Assembly (NCBI RefSeq): GCF_001457595.1
Contig: NZ_LN831039.1
Location: forward strand, 2,100,001 to 2,132,000
Source: Mycolicibacterium smegmatis
GTDB lineage: Bacteria > Actinomycetota > Actinomycetes > Mycobacteriales > Mycobacteriaceae
Length of the DNA: 32,000 nt
Direction: 5' to 3'
A program made the position numbers and the translations under genes. The notes under the pieces were generated by a model. The model did not search any database and was not told where the DNA came from. It was given only the letters and a program-made list of their open reading frames with translations. Shown here in pieces: positions 9,480-17,141 of this stretch (positions within the stretch are counted from its first letter, which is position 1; each line of letters opens with the position of its first letter).

Positions 9480-10021
9480 GGTTCTGGCTGGCCGTGTTGT
9501 CGGCACTGGTGCTGGCCGTGGGCCTTGTGGCGTGTGATACCGATGACGACGGATGGAATCCGGAAGCGCAGTTCGCCCCGGTGAAGCGTCCGGCGTTCGG
9601 TGCCCGGGAGACCGACGGCAAGCTGGTGATCTGGGTGCCGCCGGGTTGTGTCGGGGTGTGGTCGGTGAAGCTCATGTTCGGGCTGAGTGGGCCGGATCTG
9701 GTGTTGACCCCCACGGTCGGCACGGTGTCGTTTGACCGGTTCACCGTGGGCGGTCCGTACCCTCCGGGGATGGCCGTGACGAAAGCTCCTCCGCCCGATT
9801 TCGATTGGCGCACAGTCGATACGCTGCACCTCGATGTCGGGACTACTCCGGGAGGTTTTCCATCGACCTCGGTCGTGGCCGACATCGTCGAGAGTTCGGG
9901 TGATCACCCGGACAATACGTTCTTCTTCGACGGGGTCGGTTGGCTCGATCCCGAAGGGGTCGCTGCGCGGATAGGCAACGACTTCGAGGGCGTGTGCACC
10001 CCGCAGGAGACGCGAGGATAA
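9476..10021 (+). CDS. lipoprotein (candidate cognate immunity/partner protein)
   Basis: The GTG at 9476 overlaps the upstream stop (GTGA). The signal peptide VRFWLAVLSALVLAVGLVA|C carries a lipobox L-V-A-C, with Cys20 at nt 9533-9535. The mature ~160 aa show no recognisable family. Confidence 0.65.
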   Translation: MRFWLAVLSALVLAVGLVACDTDDDGWNPEAQFAPVKRPAFGARETDGKLVIWVPPGCVGVWSVKLMFGLSGPDLVLTPTVGTVSFDRFTVGGPYPPGMAVTKAPPPDFDWRTVDTLHLDVGTTPGGFPSTSVVADIVESSGDHPDNTFFFDGVGWLDPEGVAARIGNDFEGVCTPQETRG

Positions 10022-10059
10022 TGCTCGTCGTAGCGGGCACGGGCATTTAAGCTGCGTCG

Positions 10060-13000
10060 GTGCACTATCGCTTGCTCGGACCACTGCAGGTGGTGCATTC
10101 CGGCACGCCGGTCGACATCGGTGCCCCGAAACAACGGGCAGTCCTGGCGATGCTGTTGCTGGCACAGGGCCGCGTCGTGTCGGTCGATCGTCTGATTGAC
10201 GCAGTGTGGGGTGATGATCCACCGGCGAGCGCCACCGCCAGCCTGCAGGCCTACATCTCCAATCTGCGACGTGCGCTGCGTGACGGGTCCGACACCGCGC
10301 AGGTGGCGTCGCCGATCGTGCGTCAGCCGCCCGGGTACTACCTCGACGCACCCGCCGACGCCGTGGATCTGGCGCAGTTCACCGCAGGCTGTCAGCAGGC
10401 CGCGCAGGCTGTCGAGGAACAGCGCTGGGTCGATGCGCTGACCGCCGCCGATGAGGCGCTCGCGCTGTGGCGCGGTCCGTTCCTCGATGACCTGCGTGAC
10501 GAGCAGTGGGTCCACGAGGACGCCGCCCGCGCCGGCGAGTTGCGCAGCGAGTGCGTGGACCACCGCATCACCGCGCTGCTGGCCCTCGGGCGGGTTTCGA
10601 CGGCGCTGGCCGCCGTCACGCAACTGCGTTCGGCCGAACCGCTTTCCGACCGTGCCTGCTGGTTGCACATGCTGACGCTGTATCGCGCGGGCCGCGCCCC
10701 GGAGGCCCTTGACGCCTACACCCGCCATGCGCAGATGCTCGACAACGTACTGGGACTGGTCCCGGGCGCCGAACTGCGCGAGTTGCAGACCGCGATCCTG
10801 CGCCAGGCGCCCGAACTCGCCGCGTGGCCCAGGTCCCCGGAGTGGACCGGTGCCGAGGAGGTGCACACCCCCGCCCCGCCGCACCCGCCCGTGCCCGAAC
10901 CGGGCGCCCAGCGTGGTTTGCTCATCGGGCGCAAGCGTGAACTCGCCGTCGCCACCGACCTTCTGGCCGACGTGGCGGCGGGGGAGACGCGGTGGCTGGT
11001 GCTCTCGGGGCCACCAGGTATCGGCAAGACCAGGCTCGCCGAGGAGATCACCGACGGGTGCGACGCCGAGGTCGTGTGGGTGTCCTGCCCGGACGAACGG
11101 TCGACGCCACCGTGGTGGCCCATGCGACAACTCGTGCGCGCGTTGGGCGCCGACGCCGACGAGGTGCTGGAGGTGCCGCCCCACGCCGACCCTGACACCG
11201 CGCGTTTCCAGGTGTACGAGCGTGTGCAGGCCCTGCTGGAATCGACGGGCCGGCCCGCGGTCGTGGTGATCGATGATGTGCAATGGGCGGATTCGACCTC
11301 GGCCAGTTGCCTCGCCTACATCGCCGGCGCACTGCGGGACCATCCGGTCGCGATCGTGCTCACCGTACGCGACGTCGACCACACCGCCGAGGTCGCGCGT
11401 CTGCTGGCGACCGTCGCACGTGGCGACGGCAACCGTCACCTGGCGCTCTCGTCGTTGTCGACCGATGATGTTGCGGCACTGGCGAATCAGATTTCCGAGG
11501 ACGTCGTCGACCACGCCGAGGCACAGATACTGGCCGAACGCACCGGTGGCAACCCGTTCTTCGTATCCGAATACGCGCGCCTGCCCCGTGCCGAACGCGG
11601 TGAGATCCCCGTGGCCGTGAAATCGGTGCTCGACCGGCGCCTCGCCGGGCTCGATCCGGGGGTGCTCGCGGTACTGCGGGTCGCCGCGGTGATCGGCGAC
11701 CCGATCGACGCCGACGTGGTTCCCGTGCTGGCGCGGGTCGCCAAGATCGACTTCGACACGCTCGCAGACCATCTGGATGCCGCGGCCGACGAGCGCATCG
11801 TGGTCAACGCGCACACCGGCGATGGCTACACGTTCGCCCATGGACTGTTGCGTGACCACCTGATGGCCGGCCTGCCCGCGCTGCGTCGGCAGCGCCTGCA
11901 TGCCCAGGTGGCCGAGGTGTTGGCGGGCAACCCGTCCGACGACGCGATCACCCGCCGGGCCCAGCATCTGGTTGCGGCCCAACCGTTGGTCGACCCCGTC
12001 GAGGTGGTCGCCGCGTGCCGTCTGGCCGCGGAGGCGGCCACCCAACGGTGGAGTTCGGACATCGCGGCGGGATGGTGGCAGGCCGCGCTCGACGCCTACG
12101 ACCGGGTGCCGGTCGCGTCGCGCAGTGAAACCGAGCGCGACGCGCTGACTGTGGCGATGCTGGAAGCACATTCACGCGCCGGGCGGGGCCGCACGGTGCT
12201 GGGTTACGTCGAACGTCACCTCACCGAGGCATTGCGCAATGAACGCGCCGACACCGCGGGTCTGGTCGCCAGCGTGCTGTTGCGGTCCAGTGGTGGATGG
12301 CCGTGGCTGGCCCCCGGCGATGATCCGGGTGCACTGCTGACGTTGTTGCAGCGCGCCGCGGAGATGGCTGCCGAGCACCCGGCGGCCGGAGCGCGTGTGT
12401 TGGCAGCACTGGGCGTCGGGTGCTGCTATCACCCCGATCCCGGGGTGGCCGCAGGCCACCTCGACCGCGCCGAGCGCCTCGCCGAACGCACCGAGGATCC
12501 CGATGTGCTCGCCGACGTGTTGATGGGCCGGCTCATCACCTATTCGGGTGTCAACGAACGCAGTCACGAGATCTTCGAATGGGTCGCGCGGCTTGAGGTG
12601 TTGCAGCACAGCAGGTCCCGTGAGGATTCGGTGATCGCCCACTCGGTGGCGACGATGTCGGCAATGCTGCTGGCCGACACCGAGCTGACCGAGCGCCACC
12701 TCAGGGCCGGGGTGGTGGGCAGCGAAGAGCTGCAGCTACCGGTTCTGCGTGCCCAATTGCGGTGGATGGAAGCGGTATTGGCGACGTGGCGCGGTGACTT
12801 CGACGAGGCGCAGCGCCACCACTCGATCGCGGCGCACGTGCACGAGCAGACCGAACTCTACGGCGCGGGAAGCGGTCTGCTGGCCGAGGTGACCCTGCTG
12901 CGTGAGATCGGCGGCCCCGTCCCGGCCGGGTTCGGGGTCACACCTGCCGATGTCGAGCGAGGCGGGCAGGGGATGGAGGCCATGGTGCATGTCGCCCTGC

Positions 13001-13470
13001 TGACCATCGAGCGCGGCCCACGCGCCGCGGCCGCCACGCGATTGGACAACTGGGTCAACACCGACCGCGGACAGATCTGGACCAACCTCGGCGAGGCGGC
13101 CTGGATGGCCCATCTGGCGGTCGACTACGGGCTGGGCGAGTACGCCGAGCCGCTGCTGGCGGTCCTGCAGCCGTTCACCGATCGCATCGCGGTGATCGGA
13201 CAGGTGGGGCACGCCGGGCCGGTGGCGCTCGCCACCGCCAGACTGCACGCGCTGCGCGGTGATCGCGCCCGGGCACTCGAAGATCTGGCCAAAGCCGAGG
13301 ACGTCGCGCGTCGTACCGGTGCCAGGCCCACACTGCTGCGCTGTGCGCTGCTGGCCTGCGAGCTCGCCGAGGACGGGGCGGCCCGGCGCCAAGCCGCCGC
13401 CAAGCTTGCCGCCGACGCCGAGGCGATGGGCATGCACGGGATCGCCGCGCAGGCCCGTGCATTGTCCTGA
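10060..13470 (+). CDS. AfsR/SARP-family regulator with STAND architecture: OmpR-type winged helix plus BTAD, then a P-loop NTPase, then a TPR-like C-terminus
   Basis: 1136 aa. The N-terminus YRLLGPLQV...GAPKQRAVLAMLLL...VSVDRLIDAVWGDDPP...LQAYISNLRRAL is SARP-type. The BTAD signature is ...LALWRGPFLDDL...LYRAGRAPEALDAY. The Walker A is LVLSGPPGIGKTRLA, and the tail is long and helical-repeat. GTG start. Confidence 0.85.
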   Translation: MHYRLLGPLQVVHSGTPVDIGAPKQRAVLAMLLLAQGRVVSVDRLIDAVWGDDPPASATASLQAYISNLRRALRDGSDTAQVASPIVRQPPGYYLDAPADAVDLAQFTAGCQQAAQAVEEQRWVDALTAADEALALWRGPFLDDLRDEQWVHEDAARAGELRSECVDHRITALLALGRVSTALAAVTQLRSAEPLSDRACWLHMLTLYRAGRAPEALDAYTRHAQMLDNVLGLVPGAELRELQTAILRQAPELAAWPRSPEWTGAEEVHTPAPPHPPVPEPGAQRGLLIGRKRELAVATDLLADVAAGETRWLVLSGPPGIGKTRLAEEITDGCDAEVVWVSCPDERSTPPWWPMRQLVRALGADADEVLEVPPHADPDTARFQVYERVQALLESTGRPAVVVIDDVQWADSTSASCLAYIAGALRDHPVAIVLTVRDVDHTAEVARLLATVARGDGNRHLALSSLSTDDVAALANQISEDVVDHAEAQILAERTGGNPFFVSEYARLPRAERGEIPVAVKSVLDRRLAGLDPGVLAVLRVAAVIGDPIDADVVPVLARVAKIDFDTLADHLDAAADERIVVNAHTGDGYTFAHGLLRDHLMAGLPALRRQRLHAQVAEVLAGNPSDDAITRRAQHLVAAQPLVDPVEVVAACRLAAEAATQRWSSDIAAGWWQAALDAYDRVPVASRSETERDALTVAMLEAHSRAGRGRTVLGYVERHLTEALRNERADTAGLVASVLLRSSGGWPWLAPGDDPGALLTLLQRAAEMAAEHPAAGARVLAALGVGCCYHPDPGVAAGHLDRAERLAERTEDPDVLADVLMGRLITYSGVNERSHEIFEWVARLEVLQHSRSREDSVIAHSVATMSAMLLADTELTERHLRAGVVGSEELQLPVLRAQLRWMEAVLATWRGDFDEAQRHHSIAAHVHEQTELYGAGSGLLAEVTLLREIGGPVPAGFGVTPADVERGGQGMEAMVHVALLTIERGPRAAAATRLDNWVNTDRGQIWTNLGEAAWMAHLAVDYGLGEYAEPLLAVLQPFTDRIAVIGQVGHAGPVALATARLHALRGDRARALEDLAKAEDVARRTGARPTLLRCALLACELAEDGAARRQAAAKLAADAEAMGMHGIAAQARALS

Positions 13471-13592
13471 GCTGCCGTTTTACCGGTTCGGCACGAGCTT
13501 GGTCTCGCCGCCAAGGGATTGCCAAGTGGTCGCGGTGATGCTGATCCAGGCTCAACCGCGTCAACACTTTCGTGAACCCTGGAAGGACTCCG

Positions 13593-14993
13593 ATGACCCT
13601 GACCGACCTCCCGAACGGCACCGAGGGCCTTGCCGACGCCCTCGACGGGCTGCGCGCACATGTCGTGGCCCCTGTGGCGCTGCCGGGTGAAGCCGGGTAC
13701 GAGCGCGCCACGCCCTGGAATGTCGCCGCGGAGGTGAAGCCCGCCGCGGTGGTGCTGGCCACCTCGGCCTACGACGTCGCCAATACCGTGCGGTACGCGG
13801 CGTCGCGGGGACTGCGGGTGACCGTGCAGGCCACCGGCCACGGCGCGCTGAAGGTCACCGACGACACCATTCTGATCGTCACCTCGGGCATGACCGGTTG
13901 CACGGTCGACCCGTCGACGCGCACGGCCCGCGTGCAGGCCGGCGCCAGATGGCAGCACGTCATCGATGCGGCCGCTCCGCATGGCCTGGCGCCCTTGTGC
14001 GGATCGTCACCCAACGTGGGTGTCGTCGGGTACCTCACCGGTGGCGGGGTCGGCCCGCTGGTGCGCACCGTGGGGCTCTCGTCAGACCACGTGCGCTCCT
14101 TCGAGTTGGTCACCGGCAAAGGAGAGTTGCTGCGTGCGACGCCGGAGGAGAACGCCGAGCTGTTCTGGGGTCTGCGTGGCGGCAAGGCGACCTTGGGAAT
14201 CGTCACCTCGGTGGAGATCGACCTGCCGCCCATCCCTGAGTTCTACGGCGGCGCGGTCATTTTCGACGGTGCCGACGCCTCATCCGTGCTGTATGCGTGG
14301 CGGACCTGGTGTGTGACACTGCCCGAGAGCGTCAACACGTCCGTTTCCCTGCAGAACCTACCGCCGCTTCCCGGGGTACCCGAGCCGTTGGCGGGCAAGC
14401 TGACGGTCGCGGTGCGCTACACCGCCATCGGCGATTTCGCCCGCGCCGAGCGTCTGCTGGCGCCCATGCGTGCGGTGGCCACGCCGGTGCTCGACACCAT
14501 CGCCGTACACCCCTACGCCGCCATCGGCGGTGTCCACATGGATCCCGTGGATCCCATGCCGTGCAACGAGACCCACACCCTGCTGCGGGAACTGCCCTCG
14601 GAGGCAGTCGATGTCCTGCTCGCGGCCGCAGGCCCCGACACCCCGCCCGTGCAGACGATCGTCGAAATACGGCTGTTCGGTGGGGCTCTGGCGCGTGAGC
14701 CCCGGCACCGCAGCGCCTTCTGCCACCGTGACGCGGCCTTCGGCGTCACCGCCATCGGCGTCCTGGTGCCCCCGGTGGCCGATGTGGTGCGCTCGCACGG
14801 CGCGGCGCTCGTCGACGCGATGGCGCCGTGGTCGACCGGTGGGCAGCTCCCCAATTTCGCACCGTCCGACGACGCGGGCCGTGCATCGCGGGTGTACGAC
14901 GAGGACACCCTGCACTGGCTTGCCGCGCTCGCCGAACGCCACGATCCCGCCGGGGTGTACCGGTGCGGTCAGGTGGTGCGGTTCGTGTCCTGA
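13593..14993 (+). CDS. FAD-binding (PCMH-type, FAD_binding_4) oxidoreductase with a BBE-like C-terminus
   Basis: The ATG at 13593 is preceded by ggaagga. Supporting motifs are AAVVLATSAYDVANTVRYAASRGLRVTVQATGHG..., SPNVGVVGYLTGGGVGPL and a C-terminal ...LAALAERHDPAGVYRCGQVV. Confidence 0.8.
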   Translation: MTLTDLPNGTEGLADALDGLRAHVVAPVALPGEAGYERATPWNVAAEVKPAAVVLATSAYDVANTVRYAASRGLRVTVQATGHGALKVTDDTILIVTSGMTGCTVDPSTRTARVQAGARWQHVIDAAAPHGLAPLCGSSPNVGVVGYLTGGGVGPLVRTVGLSSDHVRSFELVTGKGELLRATPEENAELFWGLRGGKATLGIVTSVEIDLPPIPEFYGGAVIFDGADASSVLYAWRTWCVTLPESVNTSVSLQNLPPLPGVPEPLAGKLTVAVRYTAIGDFARAERLLAPMRAVATPVLDTIAVHPYAAIGGVHMDPVDPMPCNETHTLLRELPSEAVDVLLAAAGPDTPPVQTIVEIRLFGGALAREPRHRSAFCHRDAAFGVTAIGVLVPPVADVVRSHGAALVDAMAPWSTGGQLPNFAPSDDAGRASRVYDEDTLHWLAALAERHDPAGVYRCGQVVRFVS

Positions 14994-15078
14994 ACCCGGC
15001 GTGGTTCGCCGCAAAAACCGCCGTTGACCAGACGATTTGGAACTGCGCGCAGGGCCCGGGTAACCTCGTATTCACCAA

Positions 15079-15152
15079 CGCGGGGTGGAGCAGCTCGGTA
15101 GCTCGCTGGGCTCATAACCCAGAGGTCGCAGGTTCGAATCCTGTCCCCGCTA
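15079..15152 (+). tRNA. metU: initiator tRNA-fMet (anticodon CAT)
   Basis: Hand-folded cloverleaf. Acceptor is cgcgggg/ccccgct with a C1:U72 mismatch. D-stem is gagc/gctc. The anticodon stem ctggg/cccag has three G:C pairs next to the loop ctCATaa. T-arm is gcagg-ttcgaat-cctgt. The 5' half closely resembles E. coli tRNAfMet. No encoded CCA. Confidence 0.9.
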
Positions 15153-15155
15153 CTA
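15109..15155 (+). repeat. 47-bp direct repeat, copy 1 (attL-like core; 3' part of tRNA-fMet plus 3 nt)
   Basis: ggctcataacccagaggtcgcaggttcgaatcctgtccccgctacta is identical to 25654-25700. Confidence 0.9.
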
Positions 15156-15178
15156 AGTCAGTGGTCTTCGACCACTGG

Positions 15179-15218
15179 AAATGGCCGCCAGTGCAAACTG
15201 GCGGCCATTTTGTTTGTG
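15179..15218 (+). terminator. rho-independent terminator downstream of the tRNA (island-side)
   Basis: The 13-bp perfect stem aaatggccgccag (15179-15191) pairs with ctggcggccattt (15198-15210) around the loop tgcaaa, and is followed by tgtttgt. It is preceded by a smaller hairpin cagtggtc-ttc-gaccactg (15159-15177). Confidence 0.7.
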
Positions 15219-15244
15219 AACGTTGTGAACGGATTTGGGAACGA
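15213..15244 (+). promoter_or_regulatory. tandem TTGTGAACG-type repeats; possible recombinase arm-type sites (P' arm)
   Basis: The sequence is tttgtgaacgttgtgaacggatttgggaacga. The 23-mer gttgtgaacggatttgGgaacga (15222-15244) recurs with one mismatch at 25518-25540. Confidence 0.4.
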
Positions 15245-15591
15245 AGCAAGCTCATTGCGCGGCTTGCATGGCCGTCTCGGATCTATGCCATTGGTCGGTG
15301 CGGTGCAAACAAGCTCTCGTGGGACTTCGATGGCTAGGTCATTCGACCGGGTGGTAATAGCCCCAGGTGTTTCATCCCGGGAGATCGAGTTGCCGTTCTG
15401 GGTACAGCGTTCGCGATAGGAAAGTCGAACTGCACGTGACGAGAACCGCCCCGGTCTTGGCGTTTGCCGTCCGCGGCCAGAGCGGTCCGGCAGAAGCCAT
15501 CTCGGTCGCGCGACAACTGCACCTGTCGCAGTTGAGGACGCGAGGCTTCATGGTCGGCGAGCAATGTTGCTTCTCAAGTTAGATGCCCTTT

Positions 15592-15627
15592 TCTCACTCA
15601 AATGTCCAATTGCACATTTGAGTGAGA
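15592..15627. repeat. 36-bp near-perfect AT-rich palindrome
   Basis: tctcactcaaatgt-ccaattgc-acatttgagtgaga has 14-bp perfect arms and a partly self-complementary spacer (caattg). It is intergenic and much more AT-rich than its surroundings. Confidence 0.8.
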
Positions 15628-15711
15628 ACTGCGTCAGTGCTCACCGCCATCGATACGGCTGGCAAGCTGATCATTAGCCCATTGGTGGCGACCGTACGGT
15701 GGGCAGCCGGC

Positions 15712-16722
15712 CTATCGGGCGGGAACCGAGGCGCCCGCTTGAAGGTCCGTGATTCGGGTGTCGGCGATGGTCTCGGCAAAGGAAGTGCCGAACAACGCTG
15801 CGGGAGTGTGGAATCCGGGTTGATGTTCACCGCGGAGAACTCGTCCTGCGGCCTCGGCGGCGGCCAGGGGGGTGAAGGTGTAGCCGTTCACCGTGTCGAG
15901 GACCGAGCGCGCCACCGCGCCGTCCGCTCCGGTGACTTCCACGGCGGCGTGGTAGCGGTCGGCCGTCCGCTGCTCGGCTGAGGGGCCTTCGGGAAGGGTA
16001 GCTATGTCACCTTGCGGGAAGGCATGTCCAGAGACGTACACGAAGGTATCGATGTTGGGGATGCCCGTGGCCCGCCAGATAGTCATTAGGTCGGGGAGTG
16101 TTGTCGCAGAGCATGATGTCGGTCCGCACCCAAAGTCGAAGTCGCGTCGGTCGTCGGGGTTGCGGGGCACCAGTTGACCGTCGAGTCGTTGTAGGCAGTC
16201 GGTAGTGAGATTTTCGGTCGCGCTGAGGGCAGAGCCCCGTGACATTGATCCGGCGACATGCAGCGCGATGTGCACGTGCTGGGGGTTGTTGACAAGCTGT
16301 GCGGCGTGGCCGGCCAGGCAGCCGAGCATGGCCACGCTGCCACCACTTCCGGGAAGCAACAAGACGCCGGCGTCGCGGGCCGTCGAATCGAGTTTCTCAG
16401 CGAGGTGGTAGCTGTCGAGTTCGGCTGCAACGTCGAGGTAGTGGGTGTGTGCGCGGATCGCAGCTTCCATGAGTGGTTTAGCGGTTCGCATGAACGGCCC
16501 GGCGCAGTTGAGGACGACGGTGATGTCTGACAGCGCAGTCTCCACGGCAGCGTCGTCATCGAGGTCGAACGTTCGATGGTCGGCCCCGAGTTCATGGGCC
16601 AGTGCTGCCAGGCGGGTGCGGTTTCGCCCGCCCAGGACGAGATCGAGTCCGGCTGCTGCGGCGTGTTCGGCGGCCATTCGCCCGGTATAGCCGGTGGCTC
16701 CGTAGATCATCAGGGTGGGCAT
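15712..16722 (-). CDS. saccharopine dehydrogenase-like NAD(P)-binding protein (trans-acting enoyl reductase-like family)
   Basis: The internal ATG at 16722 (MPTLMIYGATGYTGRMAAEHAAAAGLDLVLGGRN...) gives a 336-aa protein with an N-terminal Rossmann GxxGxxG. The upstream 156 codons of the 492-aa track ORF are Arg/Pro-rich and overlap the VOC gene out of frame. Confidence 0.75.
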   Translation of the reverse strand: MPTLMIYGATGYTGRMAAEHAAAAGLDLVLGGRNRTRLAALAHELGADHRTFDLDDDAAVETALSDITVVLNCAGPFMRTAKPLMEAAIRAHTHYLDVAAELDSYHLAEKLDSTARDAGVLLLPGSGGSVAMLGCLAGHAAQLVNNPQHVHIALHVAGSMSRGSALSATENLTTDCLQRLDGQLVPRNPDDRRDFDFGCGPTSCSATTLPDLMTIWRATGIPNIDTFVYVSGHAFPQGDIATLPEGPSAEQRTADRYHAAVEVTGADGAVARSVLDTVNGYTFTPLAAAEAAGRVLRGEHQPGFHTPAALFGTSFAETIADTRITDLQAGASVPAR

Positions 16723-16724
16723 GG

Positions 16725-17120
16725 TCAGTGCTGCCAACTCTTGTAGACGAATTCGAGGCTGTAGCCGTCGGGGTCGAGGACATTGGCGGCGTAGTAACGG
16801 GGGTCGTAGTGCAGCCGTGCCCCGGGCGCGCCGTTGTCGGTGGCTCCGGCGGCGATGGCGGCGCGGTAGGTGCCGTCGACCTGGGCGGTGCTGTCGGCCA
16901 CGAAGCCGACATGGGTGGACCGGCCCTCTGCGACACCGGCGCGTAGCCAGAAGATCATCCGGCCGTGGGCGCCGAAACCTTTGAGGTCGGGATGGCCTGG
17001 CGGGCCGTCGTTTCCGTCGTAGTCCAGGCGGGTGGTGATGCCCAGCGGCGCCAGGGTGGCGGTGTAGAAGGCGATGGAGCGATCGAGATCGCTCACCGAC
17101 AGGAAGATGTGGTCCAGCAT
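16725..17120 (-). CDS. VOC-family (glyoxalase/bleomycin-resistance/dioxygenase fold) protein
   Basis: 131 aa: MLDHIFLSVSDLDRSIAFYTATLAPLGI...HVGFVADS...GAPGARLHYDPRYYAANVLDPDGYSLEFV. RBS ggagaag lies upstream. The stop is 2 nt from the next start. Confidence 0.8.
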   Translation of the reverse strand: MLDHIFLSVSDLDRSIAFYTATLAPLGITTRLDYDGNDGPPGHPDLKGFGAHGRMIFWLRAGVAEGRSTHVGFVADSTAQVDGTYRAAIAAGATDNGAPGARLHYDPRYYAANVLDPDGYSLEFVYKSWQH

Positions 17121-17141
17121 GGTGGTGGGGCTCTTCTCCGG

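Noticed and set aside
14994-15078. A promoter for tRNA-fMet (TTGACC at ~15033, or TTGGAA-N-TAACCT nearer the gene).
   Set aside because: The hexamer spacings are either far too long or the -10 is poor. I cannot support a specific call without transcription-start data.
15156-15711. Search for an integrase or excisionase remnant next to attL (and in 25403..25653 next to attR). This includes a 59-aa Cys-containing minus-strand ORF at 15372..15551 (MKPRVLNCDRCSCRATEM...).
   Set aside because: No frame shows tyrosine-recombinase (R..HxxR..Y) or serine-recombinase motifs. The 59-aa ORF has only moderate third-position GC, no clear RBS and no recognisable family, so it is not called as a gene.
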